Part shown: positions 27,790-35,838 of the stretch, piece by piece
How positions within the stretch are numbered: position 1 is the stretch's first letter
How the letters are laid out: every line of letters starts with the position of its first letter
Assembly (NCBI GenBank): GCA_963787125.1
Contig: CAWBBV010000016.1
Location: 160,001-224,000 of the forward strand
Direction: 5' to 3'
Source: an uncultured delta proteobacterium
Lineage (GTDB): Bacteria; Desulfobacterota; Desulfuromonadia; Geobacterales; DSM-12255
Length of the DNA: 64,000 nt
Made by a program: the position numbers and the translations under genes
The notes under the pieces: model-generated
What the model was told of the DNA's origin: nothing
Seen by the model: only the letters and a program-made list of their open reading frames with translations
Databases searched by the model: none

Positions 27790-28545
27790 ATGCGTCTCTT
27801 TTTCACAGCATTCCAGTTTCTGACGATCATCCCGCTGCCGTTCAGGCTGAATTATCGGGATGGCGACATGGGCAGATCCATGCGCTACTTTCCCCTGGTG
27901 GGACTGACGCTCGGCACGCTGCTGGCGGCTACTCATTACCTGTTGACCTTCATCTTTCCTGAGCAGCTTGTTACGATGCTGCTGGTTGCCCTGTTGGCCG
28001 GGGTTACCGGTGCCATTCACCTTGACGGTCTGGCCGACGTCTTTGACGGTTTCGGCGCCAGGGGGAGCAGAGAGCGGTTTCTTGCCGTAATGAAGGACTC
28101 CAGCACCGGGGCGATCGGCGCAGTCGCCCTCTTTCTCGGGCTGCTGCTCAAATATGAGGCGCTGCTGCTACTCCCTGCCGGAGTAAAGTACGCCGGGATC
28201 ATCACCTTCCCGGCGGTTGCACGTTTTTCCCAGGTTCTGATGACGGTCGGCGCCAGCAGAGCCAGAACTGACGGCCTTGGAGCAGTCATTATTGCCACCG
28301 CCGGAAAAACCGAACTGCTGCTGGCAACACTGACGGTTCTTACCGCAGCGTTCTGTCTGCTCGGCCTTAGCGGCATTGCCTGCTGTCTTATTGTTGCTAT
28401 CTTCTCCCGGCTCGCCAAAGGCTATTTTCAGCGCCGGCTCGGCGGAGTGACCGGTGACATAATCGGCTGCACATCCGAGCTTTCCGAGATTCTGACACTA
28501 TTAACCATTATCGCTTGCAGCGGTAATTTACAGGGATTGCCATGA
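27790..28545 (+). CDS. cobS: Cobalamin synthase
   Basis: TGAIHLDGLADVFDG, MKDS, GGVTGD. Confidence 0.95.
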   Translation: MRLFFTAFQFLTIIPLPFRLNYRDGDMGRSMRYFPLVGLTLGTLLAATHYLLTFIFPEQLVTMLLVALLAGVTGAIHLDGLADVFDGFGARGSRERFLAVMKDSSTGAIGAVALFLGLLLKYEALLLLPAGVKYAGIITFPAVARFSQVLMTVGASRARTDGLGAVIIATAGKTELLLATLTVLTAAFCLLGLSGIACCLIVAIFSRLAKGYFQRRLGGVTGDIIGCTSELSEILTLLTIIACSGNLQGLP

Positions 28546-29144
28546 CACAGAAAACAAGGATCTACCTGATACGCCACGGACAGGTCGTCGGCCACGAGAA
28601 TCCTTCCTACAACGGCCACGCCGATGTTGCCCTGACTGAATTCGGGGTTTCTCAATATCATCAGCTGCGTGAGCGCCTGGCAGGTGAAGGGATAACGGCC
28701 TGCTACTCCAGCGATCTTTCCCGCTGCGCCATTGGCGCCGCGATAATCTGTAAGTCGCTGGGGATTACGCCGACTCTGGACCCAAGACTCAGAGAACTGA
28801 ATATCGGCATCTGGGAAGGGATGACCTGGTCTGAAATTGTGGAGAAATACCCCGATGAGTGGAGCGGCAGACTGGCGGATATTGTCAACTATCGCGTTCC
28901 TCAAGGGGAGAATCTGCTCGACATGGCAGGCCGCGCCGTACCTGCCCTTAGAGAAATTGTTGCGGCCCACAGGGGCGAGAACGTCCTTATTGTCGGCCAT
29001 GGCGGCATGAACCGGACGCTGCTGCTTGACGCGATCGGTGCCCCCCTCGCGGCGCTTTTCAATATCGCGCAGCAGTACGGCTGTCTCAATATTATCGATT
29101 TTTTCGCTGACGGCAACAGGACTGTTTCTCTTCTGAACGGCTGA
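28542..29144 (+). CDS. cobC: Alpha-ribazole phosphatase
   Basis: RHG histidine-phosphatase motif; operon context. Confidence 0.85.
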   Translation: MTQKTRIYLIRHGQVVGHENPSYNGHADVALTEFGVSQYHQLRERLAGEGITACYSSDLSRCAIGAAIICKSLGITPTLDPRLRELNIGIWEGMTWSEIVEKYPDEWSGRLADIVNYRVPQGENLLDMAGRAVPALREIVAAHRGENVLIVGHGGMNRTLLLDAIGAPLAALFNIAQQYGCLNIIDFFADGNRTVSLLNG

Positions 29145-29158
29145 AAACGAGGGATATC

Positions 29159-30535
29159 ATGAAATCAATAATTATCGCCGCGCCGGTCAGCGGTTCTGGT
29201 AAAACCACCATTACCATCGGTCTGATGGAGTGCTTGAAAAGAAGGGGTTTGAAGGTCGCCCCATTCAAGGTCGGTCCCGACTTCATCGATCCCGGCTATC
29301 ACAAAATCGTCACCGGCAGGCCGTCATTGAATCTGGACGGCTGGATCTGTTCACCGCACACCGTTCAGGAGATGTTTGCCCTGCACGCTGCGGATGCCGA
29401 TATCGCCGTCATCGAAGGAGTTATGGGCCTCTTTGACGGCATCAGCGGCAGGTCCGACGAAGGGAGCACCGCCCAGATTGCCCGGCTGACCGGAGCTGCG
29501 GTTTTTCTGGTTGTTGACGCCAAAGGATTTGCGCGCAGTATTGCCGCACTGATAAAAGGCTTTGCCGAATTTGATCCCGAAGTGCGGATCAGCGGGGTAA
29601 TCTTCAATAATGTTTCCAGTGAGAGCCATGCCCGGATTCTCAAGGAGGCAGTCGAAGCGTCGCTGCCCTCAATTCATGTGCTCGGCTCCATCCTGCGCGA
29701 CAGCACCCTCCATATCCCTTCACGCCATCTGGGGCTTCTGACTGCCGAAGAGAACGAGCTTTCGCTGCAGTACCTCGATCATCTTGTGGAGGTGATCCGC
29801 AACTCCATCGATCTTGGCACACTCTGGGCAGCGGCGAGCAGCGGCGACCTGTCGGAACTCCATGAGCCAGAGGAGCAGACAGCTGCAGTCGTCAGGCTCG
29901 CCATTGCCCGCGACAAGGCCTTCTGCTTCATGTACGAAAGCAACCTCCAGCTGCTCCGTGATGCCGGGGCCGAATTGGTGGAGTTTTCCCCTTTGACCGA
30001 CGGTGCGCTGCCGGACGGAATCGCCGGGATCTATCTCCCCGGCGGTTATCCGGAAGCGTATGCCGAAGAACTCGCGGCCAACACCGCCATGAAGCTGGCG
30101 CTCAAAAACGCCATTGAGTCCGGCATGCCGACCTATGCAGAGTGCGGCGGCTTCATCTACCTGACCCAAGGGGTGGCCGTCAGCAGTGACGCCGGCGACT
30201 CCCTGCATGAATTTGTCGGCCTGTTCCCGGTGACGACAACTATGCTCAAACAGAGAAAGGCGCTCGGTTACCGGGAGATAAAGCTGCGCGCCAGTTCAAT
30301 TCTCGGCAAAAAGGGGACCGTTGCCAGAGGCCATGAATTTCACTATTCACAGATTGATGAAATGCCGGCAGGGGTTGAGCGGCTATATCAGGTCAGCAAA
30401 GGCCAGAGCGATCTCGGCACCGAGGGTTACCGGTACAAAAACTGCGTAGCCTCCTATATTCATCTCCATTTCGGCAGTAATCCCGGCATGGCAACGGCAT
30501 TTGTAAACAGCTGCATAAAATTCACAGAAAAATAA
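29159..30535 (+). CDS. cbiA: Cobyrinate a,c-diamide synthase
   Basis: SGSGKTT, FKVGPDFID, EGVMGLFDG, AECGG, GHEFHYS. Confidence 0.95.
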   Translation: MKSIIIAAPVSGSGKTTITIGLMECLKRRGLKVAPFKVGPDFIDPGYHKIVTGRPSLNLDGWICSPHTVQEMFALHAADADIAVIEGVMGLFDGISGRSDEGSTAQIARLTGAAVFLVVDAKGFARSIAALIKGFAEFDPEVRISGVIFNNVSSESHARILKEAVEASLPSIHVLGSILRDSTLHIPSRHLGLLTAEENELSLQYLDHLVEVIRNSIDLGTLWAAASSGDLSELHEPEEQTAAVVRLAIARDKAFCFMYESNLQLLRDAGAELVEFSPLTDGALPDGIAGIYLPGGYPEAYAEELAANTAMKLALKNAIESGMPTYAECGGFIYLTQGVAVSSDAGDSLHEFVGLFPVTTTMLKQRKALGYREIKLRASSILGKKGTVARGHEFHYSQIDEMPAGVERLYQVSKGQSDLGTEGYRYKNCVASYIHLHFGSNPGMATAFVNSCIKFTEK

Positions 30536-30545
30536 GGGGCGGATT

Positions 30546-31856
30546 TTGGGAACACAGATAGAACTGGCAAGAAAGGGTGTTATTACCCCGCAGATGAAGA
30601 CGGTCGCCTTTGATGAGCAGCTTGAGCCGGAGTATATCCGCCGCATGGTGAGCGAAGGCAAAATCGTCATTCCGTGGAACAATATCCGTAAACCTTTTAA
30701 AATCGCCGGCATCGGCAAAGGTTTAAAAACGAAAGTAAACGCCTCTATCGGCACATCTTCCGACATTGTCGATTACAGCGCCGAGGTCAGAAAAGCTCTG
30801 GCAGCCCAGGAGTCAGGGGCTGATACCCTGATGGAACTCTCTGTCGGCGGAGACCTCGATCGGGTCCGGCGCGAGGTGATCGCGGCAGTCGATCTGCCGG
30901 TCGGCAATGTACCGCTCTATCAGGCTTTCTGCGAGGCGGCGCGGAAATACGGCGACCCCAACAAGCTGGACGAAGAGATGCTCTTTGACATCATCGAGCA
31001 GCAGTGTGCCGACGGCATGGCGTTCATGGCCGTCCACTGCGGCATCAACCTTTACACCATCGAGCGACTCCGCAAGCAGGGCTACCGTTACGGCGGACTG
31101 GTCAGCAAGGGCGGCGTCAGCATGGTCGCCTGGATGCTGGCCAATGGCCGGGAAAACCCGCTCTACGAGAAGTTCGACCGGGTGGTCGCCATCCTGAAAA
31201 GATACGACACGGTGCTCTCACTCGGTAACGGCCTCCGCGCCGGGGCGATTCACGACTCCTCCGACCGGGCCCAGATCCAGGAGCTGCTGATCAACTGTGA
31301 ACTGGCAGAGCTCGGTCGTGACATGGGTTGCCAGATGCTGGTTGAAGGCCCTGGACATGTGCCACTGGACGAAATTGCCGGTAATATCCAGCTGCAAAAA
31401 AGGATGAGCGGCGGCGCCCCCTACTACATGCTCGGCCCGATCGCCACCGATGTCGCCCCCGGTTTCGACCATATAACCGCCGCCATCGGCGCGGCCCAGT
31501 CCAGCAGCCATGGCGCTGACCTGATCTGCTACATCACCCCGGCGGAGCATCTGGCGCTCCCCAATGAAGATGATGTCCGCATGGGGGTGAAAGCCGCTAA
31601 AATCGCCGCCTACATCGGCGACATGAACAAATATCCGGAGAGAGCCCGTGAGCGGGACAAGCAGATGTCAAAAGCGCGCCGCGACCTGGACTGGGAGAAG
31701 CAGTTCAAGCTGGCCCTTTATCCGGAAGATGCCAGGGCGATCCGCGCCAGCCGCACCCCCGAAGATGAGCAGACCTGTACCATGTGCGGCGATTTCTGCG
31801 CTTCACGGGGGGCGACAAAGCTGTTCGCGGGGGATTTGAGTGAAGAAAAGCGATGA
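30546..31856 (+). CDS. bzaF: ThiC-like radical SAM enzyme, probable 5-hydroxybenzimidazole synthase
   Basis: ThiC-family motifs (EGPGHVP, CTMCGDFC) located inside the cobamide operon; TTG start. Confidence 0.8.
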   Translation: MGTQIELARKGVITPQMKTVAFDEQLEPEYIRRMVSEGKIVIPWNNIRKPFKIAGIGKGLKTKVNASIGTSSDIVDYSAEVRKALAAQESGADTLMELSVGGDLDRVRREVIAAVDLPVGNVPLYQAFCEAARKYGDPNKLDEEMLFDIIEQQCADGMAFMAVHCGINLYTIERLRKQGYRYGGLVSKGGVSMVAWMLANGRENPLYEKFDRVVAILKRYDTVLSLGNGLRAGAIHDSSDRAQIQELLINCELAELGRDMGCQMLVEGPGHVPLDEIAGNIQLQKRMSGGAPYYMLGPIATDVAPGFDHITAAIGAAQSSSHGADLICYITPAEHLALPNEDDVRMGVKAAKIAAYIGDMNKYPERARERDKQMSKARRDLDWEKQFKLALYPEDARAIRASRTPEDEQTCTMCGDFCASRGATKLFAGDLSEEKR

Positions 31857-31876
31857 TTGTTTAATCCGAATATTAC

Positions 31877-31936
31877 TTGCATTTTCCGGTGCTTAAACAG
31901 TATATTCAATATCAATAATTGACTTTCAATAATTGA
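31877..31936 (+). promoter_or_regulatory. Probable promoter with tandem palindromic operators
   Basis: TTGCAT-N18-TATATT followed by TCAATAATTGA twice (31912-31922, 31926-31936). Confidence 0.5.
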
Positions 31937-31949
31937 ATCGGAATAGGCC

Positions 31950-33059
31950 ATGAACCCTTTTGGATTAGGCATTGTAGCCCGTAATCGCTTTTGTAACAGA
32001 GTTACAGAAATCGGTCTCCTTTCAAGAAATATGCTCTCGGGGATACATACGGTTGTCTATGCTCCGCGGCGTTATGGCAAGTCGAGCCTGGCGCAGCGGG
32101 TGCTTAGCGAGCTTGAAGCGAACATGACCGGTGTGTATGTTGATCTTTTCTCAATTACCACTGCCGAAGATGCTGCCGAAAAAATTTATCGCAGCATTGT
32201 CAAAGCGCTTGGACAGGATGCTGTTGATAAAAACACACTGGCGTCCCGGCTAACTTCCTTTTTCAAGCGGCTCCGCTTGTCGCTGGAGTTTAACCAGTCC
32301 TCAGGCATCCCTGAATTTTCAATCTCACTGGGTGATGCGGCGGCAGAAATTCATCTTGAAAGCATGATCGGCAATCTGGATGCTTACTGCGCTGCCAACG
32401 GCATTAAAGTCTGCCTGGTGCTGGATGAATTTCAGGAGATCTGCAATCTCAAAGAGTCAAAGAAGATTGAAGCGCTTTTGCGAGGCGGGATGCAGGCTGC
32501 AGAGCATGTGTCATTCATGATGCTGGGGAGTAGGCGCACAATTCTGCGGGATATGTTTGAAGACCGCAAACGGCCATTTTACAAGAGCGCCTATATCATG
32601 AAACTGTCGCCGATGCCAACGGATGAGTTTGCCGACTACCTGGTGCAACAATTTGCCTCAGGAAAGCTGAGTCTGGCCCGTGAGGAGGCAGAGCAGATGG
32701 TGGCCTTTACTGAAGCCTACCCTTATTACACTCAAAAACTGGCCATGCTCTATTTTGATATGCAGCGCCCCGGGGCGACAGTCACCGAAGCGCAGCAGTT
32801 TCTTGTGGAGATGGAGAGTGCCGACTGTGAAAATATTTTCGTCGGCCTTACCAATCATCAAAAGAGGTTACTGCAAGCCATTGCGACCGCCCATCCGCCA
32901 AGCATCTTCGCCAATGCGTTTTTGACCGCTCACCGGCTCGGATCGCAGGGGGGGGTGCAGAGCAGTCTGGCAAAGCTGAAGAAGCTTGATCTAATCGAAC
33001 AGGATGAAGTCGGCTGGCGGATTACTGATCCAATATTTTGCAAGTGGCTAGTGAAGTAG
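31950..33059 (+). CDS. Archaeal-type AAA ATPase with probable C-terminal winged helix
   Basis: FCNR..E, APRRYGKSS, LVLDEFQ, PYYTQ, DPIFCKW. Confidence 0.85.
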   Translation: MNPFGLGIVARNRFCNRVTEIGLLSRNMLSGIHTVVYAPRRYGKSSLAQRVLSELEANMTGVYVDLFSITTAEDAAEKIYRSIVKALGQDAVDKNTLASRLTSFFKRLRLSLEFNQSSGIPEFSISLGDAAAEIHLESMIGNLDAYCAANGIKVCLVLDEFQEICNLKESKKIEALLRGGMQAAEHVSFMMLGSRRTILRDMFEDRKRPFYKSAYIMKLSPMPTDEFADYLVQQFASGKLSLAREEAEQMVAFTEAYPYYTQKLAMLYFDMQRPGATVTEAQQFLVEMESADCENIFVGLTNHQKRLLQAIATAHPPSIFANAFLTAHRLGSQGGVQSSLAKLKKLDLIEQDEVGWRITDPIFCKWLVK

Positions 33060-33073
33060 GTAGGGAGGAGTTC

Positions 33074-33241
33074 ATGGAGATTCCGCGAAAGGTTTGGGAT
33101 AAGGCTTTTGCACTGATGCATGAGCGTGGAGAGGATGTTCTGCTTATTGATGAAGGCTTAGATTTGGTGGCAACAGAGAAGCAGTATAGCCACCATATCC
33201 GCAAATTGAAGGATATGGTCAAGGAAATGCTGGTGGAATGA
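33074..33241 (+). pseudogene. Collapsed MazE/MazF(PemK)-like TA relic
   Basis: PRK.WD.AF..MHERGED.LLID resembles AbrB/MazE antitoxin C-termini; the terminal KEMLVE resembles PemK toxin C-termini. Confidence 0.45.
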
Positions 33242-33248
33242 AATGTGT

Positions 33249-33296
33249 ATCACCGGTTCACGAGTGCGCGCGTGAACTTGTCAATAAGGATGTTAG
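33249..33296 (+). repeat. Palindromic attC-like element, copy 1
   Basis: ATCACCGGTTCACG...CGCGCGTGAAC..GTCAATAAGGATGTTAG; homologous to 59450-59493 in reverse orientation. Confidence 0.7.
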
Positions 33297-33334
33297 CAGG
33301 AAGAAATTTAGAAAACTTACTTGGGCTAAACAAA

Positions 33335-33544
33335 ATGAACGTCGATGAAAAAAGTAAAGTACTTAAGATTTACACAGTATTGACCATCATAGCAGTAGCT
33401 TATGTGGCCATTAGACTTCCTATGTATTTATCAGCTCACAATAATTTAAGGGTTTTAGATGTAGTCGATTTTGCAACAAGTAAAATACTTGGTCCATTGT
33501 TAGTTATCATTGGATATTTCATAATAAGAAAGCGGTATAAATGA
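33335..33544 (+). CDS. AT-rich small membrane protein (2 TM)
   Basis: Two hydrophobic segments and a basic tail; composition unlike the host genes. Confidence 0.55.
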   Translation: MNVDEKSKVLKIYTVLTIIAVAYVAIRLPMYLSAHNNLRVLDVVDFATSKILGPLLVIIGYFIIRKRYK

Positions 33545-33578
33545 AGCATCCAATCGGTGGTGGACAACTGTTGGATTA

Positions 33579-33600
33579 TCAGCCCTTGACACGAGACAAA
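33579..33600 (+). repeat. 22-bp direct repeat, left copy
   Basis: TCAGCCCTTGACACGAGACAAA, identical to 34494-34515. Confidence 0.95.
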
Positions 33601-33699
33601 GGGAGGAACTTAGGGACGCCCTTCAGATATCATATTTGAGCAAGAATAACGACTTTAGGGGTCATTCTTGCCGACTGTAATAAGTAAAGGGAGCGCCCA

Positions 33700-34113
33700 C
33701 TATGCAGCTTTACGGCGCATTTTTAGTAGTGACAAAGCCTTCGGGTCGTGACCCAGCAAGGTAAGAGCACTGCTGGCGGCACGACTGGGCAATAAATCAC
33801 CACTTTCGTATTTTTGGAAAGCACGTGAACCACCGCCAATCATCAGGCCTGCCGCTTCCTGGGAGAGATGAAGCTTCTTGCGAATACTGCGAATTTCTTC
33901 CGGCTCAAGCAAGCCTTCGGTTCTGGCTTTCAGGCGATTCAACATCCGGTCGGAGACTTTCATGTCCTCACCGGTATGGATGCTTTCCTCTGATTGGTCG
34001 CAATACCAACCAGGCATATCGAAAGTAATGCTTTCACCTTTGTACGTTAGAGTCATGGGGCGCACTCCGCGATACATTGGTGTTCCAGTTTCAGGACAGA
34101 GAGGATTAGTCAT
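33700..34113 (-). CDS. mqsA: MqsA-family antitoxin
   Basis: N-terminal Zn-ribbon-like CPET...GWYC; HTH IRKKLHLSQ...GGG..AFQKYESG. Confidence 0.9.
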   Translation of the reverse strand: MTNPLCPETGTPMYRGVRPMTLTYKGESITFDMPGWYCDQSEESIHTGEDMKVSDRMLNRLKARTEGLLEPEEIRSIRKKLHLSQEAAGLMIGGGSRAFQKYESGDLLPSRAASSALTLLGHDPKALSLLKMRRKAA

Positions 34114-34423
34114 TGCCTTTCTCCTTAAAAGACAGCAGTAAAAACTCGGTAATGGCATCGGCGGTAAACTTCACATAAAGCGTACCTGCCGGAGACGGAA
34201 CATGATACACGTCCTGCCACAAACGAGAATCGGCGTAAGCTGTCATAGATTTATAGAAATGGCCTCGTTGCATCGTCTGGATTGTGTTCACTATTTCGGC
34301 ACGTCCACACCCGAGCGCGGCAGCACTACGAAGAGCAGTTCCTGTGACAGCAAGTCTTTCGACACTGAGGAAAGTGGCCTTGAACGCTTCGAGATCATAT
34401 GTAGGTTTCCGTTTTTCAGCCAT
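34106..34423 (-). CDS. mqsR: MqsR-family mRNA interferase toxin
   Basis: EKRKPTYDL, FYKSMT, WQDVYH, LYVKF, SFKEK. Confidence 0.92.
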   Translation of the reverse strand: MAEKRKPTYDLEAFKATFLSVERLAVTGTALRSAAALGCGRAEIVNTIQTMQRGHFYKSMTAYADSRLWQDVYHVPSPAGTLYVKFTADAITEFLLLSFKEKGND

Positions 34424-34458
34424 ACAAATTATATACACCATATTGGTGTAATGTGCAA
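34424..34458 (-). promoter_or_regulatory. mqsRA promoter and operator
   Basis: On the minus strand TTGCAC-N17-TATATA 6 nt before ATG; palindrome TACACCA-ATA-TGGTGTA. Confidence 0.6.
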
Positions 34459-34493
34459 TTATGTAAATATTCATTTCGGTCATTCCGGTGGAG

Positions 34494-34515
34494 TCAGCCC
34501 TTGACACGAGACAAA
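34494..34515 (+). repeat. 22-bp direct repeat, right copy
   Basis: Identical to 33579-33600. Confidence 0.95.
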
Positions 34516-34547
34516 TATAACAATCACGGAAAATAAAACGGCAACCT

Positions 34548-34710
34548 GAAAGGCCAATTGAGCCGCAACGGAGGCGCTATGAAAGCCAGTTCTGACAAAA
34601 TGTACGATAAATTCAAGGATTATGACTTTACCGATGCCAAGCCGGTTGCAAAGACGCCTCATCTTGCCAGCCTCCAGCTTGATGCGGGGAGTAAATCACG
34701 CGTAACCATA
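34548..34710 (+). pseudogene. BrnT/BrnA-like TA relic
   Basis: Toxin-like tail EPQRRRYESQF* overlaps ATG 34579 of an antitoxin-like DYDF.DAKP...KSRVTI sequence that breaks off before the RHH domain. Confidence 0.55.
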
Positions 34711-34731
34711 TTGGAAACATACATGGCAACC

Positions 34732-34773
34732 CACTCAACGGACGTGGAAAAAAACTCCGCGCCGGGTAGCTTC
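34732..34773 (+). repeat. Degenerate attC-like hairpin
   Basis: CACTCAACGGACGTGGAAAAAAACTCCGCGCCGGGTAGC; homologous to 62514-62565 (minus strand). Confidence 0.6.
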
Positions 34774-34808
34774 GAGAGTCGTAAGACGAAAACAGAATCG
34801 AGATAACT

Positions 34809-35552
34809 ATGCACCGTATCACCCTGACAATCCTGCTCCTGGCCATAGCCGCCCCGGCCCGGGCCATGCACATCTCCGAGGGGATTCTGCCGCTCCCTTG
34901 GGCGACTCTCTGGTTTTCCCTGGCGTTGCCGTTTGTTGCCCTTGGTTGCCGGGAGCTGCGCAGGCTTTCCCATGATGATCTGGCCATGAAGCCGCTGGTG
35001 GGGCTACTTGCGGCGGTAGTTTTTATCATCTCCTGCATGCCGATACCGGTCCCGACTGCCGGCACCTGCTCTCACCCCTGCGGCACCGCCATTGCCGCCA
35101 TTCTCGTCGGCCCTTTCATCAGTGTCCTTATCAGCACGGTTGCCCTGCTGATTCAGGCGCTGGTCATGGCCCATGGCGGCCTCACCACCCTCGGAGCGGA
35201 TATTTTCTCCATGGGGATCGTCGGGTCGTTCACTGGGTATGCACTCTTCAAGGGGCTGCGCCGCTGCGGCGCCTCTCTGGGGGTTGCGGCTTTTTGCGCC
35301 GGCGTGCTGACGGATTGGGCGACCTATATGACGACTTCACTGGAGCTGGCCAGCGGCATCAGGGGGAGCGAGCCTTTCCTGCCGCTGTTTGCGAAAATTA
35401 TGCTGGCTTTTGTCCCGACCCAGCTCCCCCTTGGCCTGCTTGAGGGGGCGATGACGGCCGGGATGGTGACGCTTTTGGCAAGAAAAAGACCCGATCTGCT
35501 GATCAGGATGCGCCTGATGAAACCACCGGAGGTTGCCGATGCCAATACGTAA
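34809..35552 (+). CDS. cbiM: Cobalt ECF transporter S component
   Basis: Signal peptide then MHISEG; GTCSHPCG, AHGGLTTLGA. Confidence 0.95.
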   Translation: MHRITLTILLLAIAAPARAMHISEGILPLPWATLWFSLALPFVALGCRELRRLSHDDLAMKPLVGLLAAVVFIISCMPIPVPTAGTCSHPCGTAIAAILVGPFISVLISTVALLIQALVMAHGGLTTLGADIFSMGIVGSFTGYALFKGLRRCGASLGVAAFCAGVLTDWATYMTTSLELASGIRGSEPFLPLFAKIMLAFVPTQLPLGLLEGAMTAGMVTLLARKRPDLLIRMRLMKPPEVADANT

Positions 35553-35835
35553 GCGTCGCCTGAAAATTCTGCTGCTCCATATGATTCTTCTCCCGACCCT
35601 GATCTATACCCTCTCCTTTTTCTCTCTGGCGCCAAAATCCTGGACCGGAGTTGATGAAGCGGTGGTGGAAAAAATCGCCAAAGAGCATGGCCGGGAGGCA
35701 AAAGCTCCTCTTGTCAGTCCCGATAAAGGCGATCTTCTCCTCTTCGTTTTCCTGATTGCCGGAGTGATCGGCGGTTTTGCCGGTGGTTATTGCTGGCGGA
35801 TGCTGGTGAGCGAGAAAAAAGAGTCAAAACCTTAA
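35533..35835 (+). CDS. cbiN: Cobalt transporter accessory subunit (CbiN-like)
   Basis: W.GVDE.VVEK, GDLLLFVFL; two TM segments; position in the operon. Confidence 0.7.
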   Translation: MPMPIRKRRLKILLLHMILLPTLIYTLSFFSLAPKSWTGVDEAVVEKIAKEHGREAKAPLVSPDKGDLLLFVFLIAGVIGGFAGGYCWRMLVSEKKESKP

Positions 35836-35838
35836 TGG

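Noticed and set aside
30546..31856. thiC (thiamine synthesis)
   Set aside because: Lies in a B12-riboswitch operon with no thi genes or TPP riboswitch; bzaF fits better
33579..34515. Possible CRISPR repeats
   Set aside because: Only two copies 915 bp apart, no spacer array and no cas genes
34501..34530. TTGACA in the direct repeat as a cbiM promoter
   Set aside because: No -10 hexamer at 16-18 bp spacing
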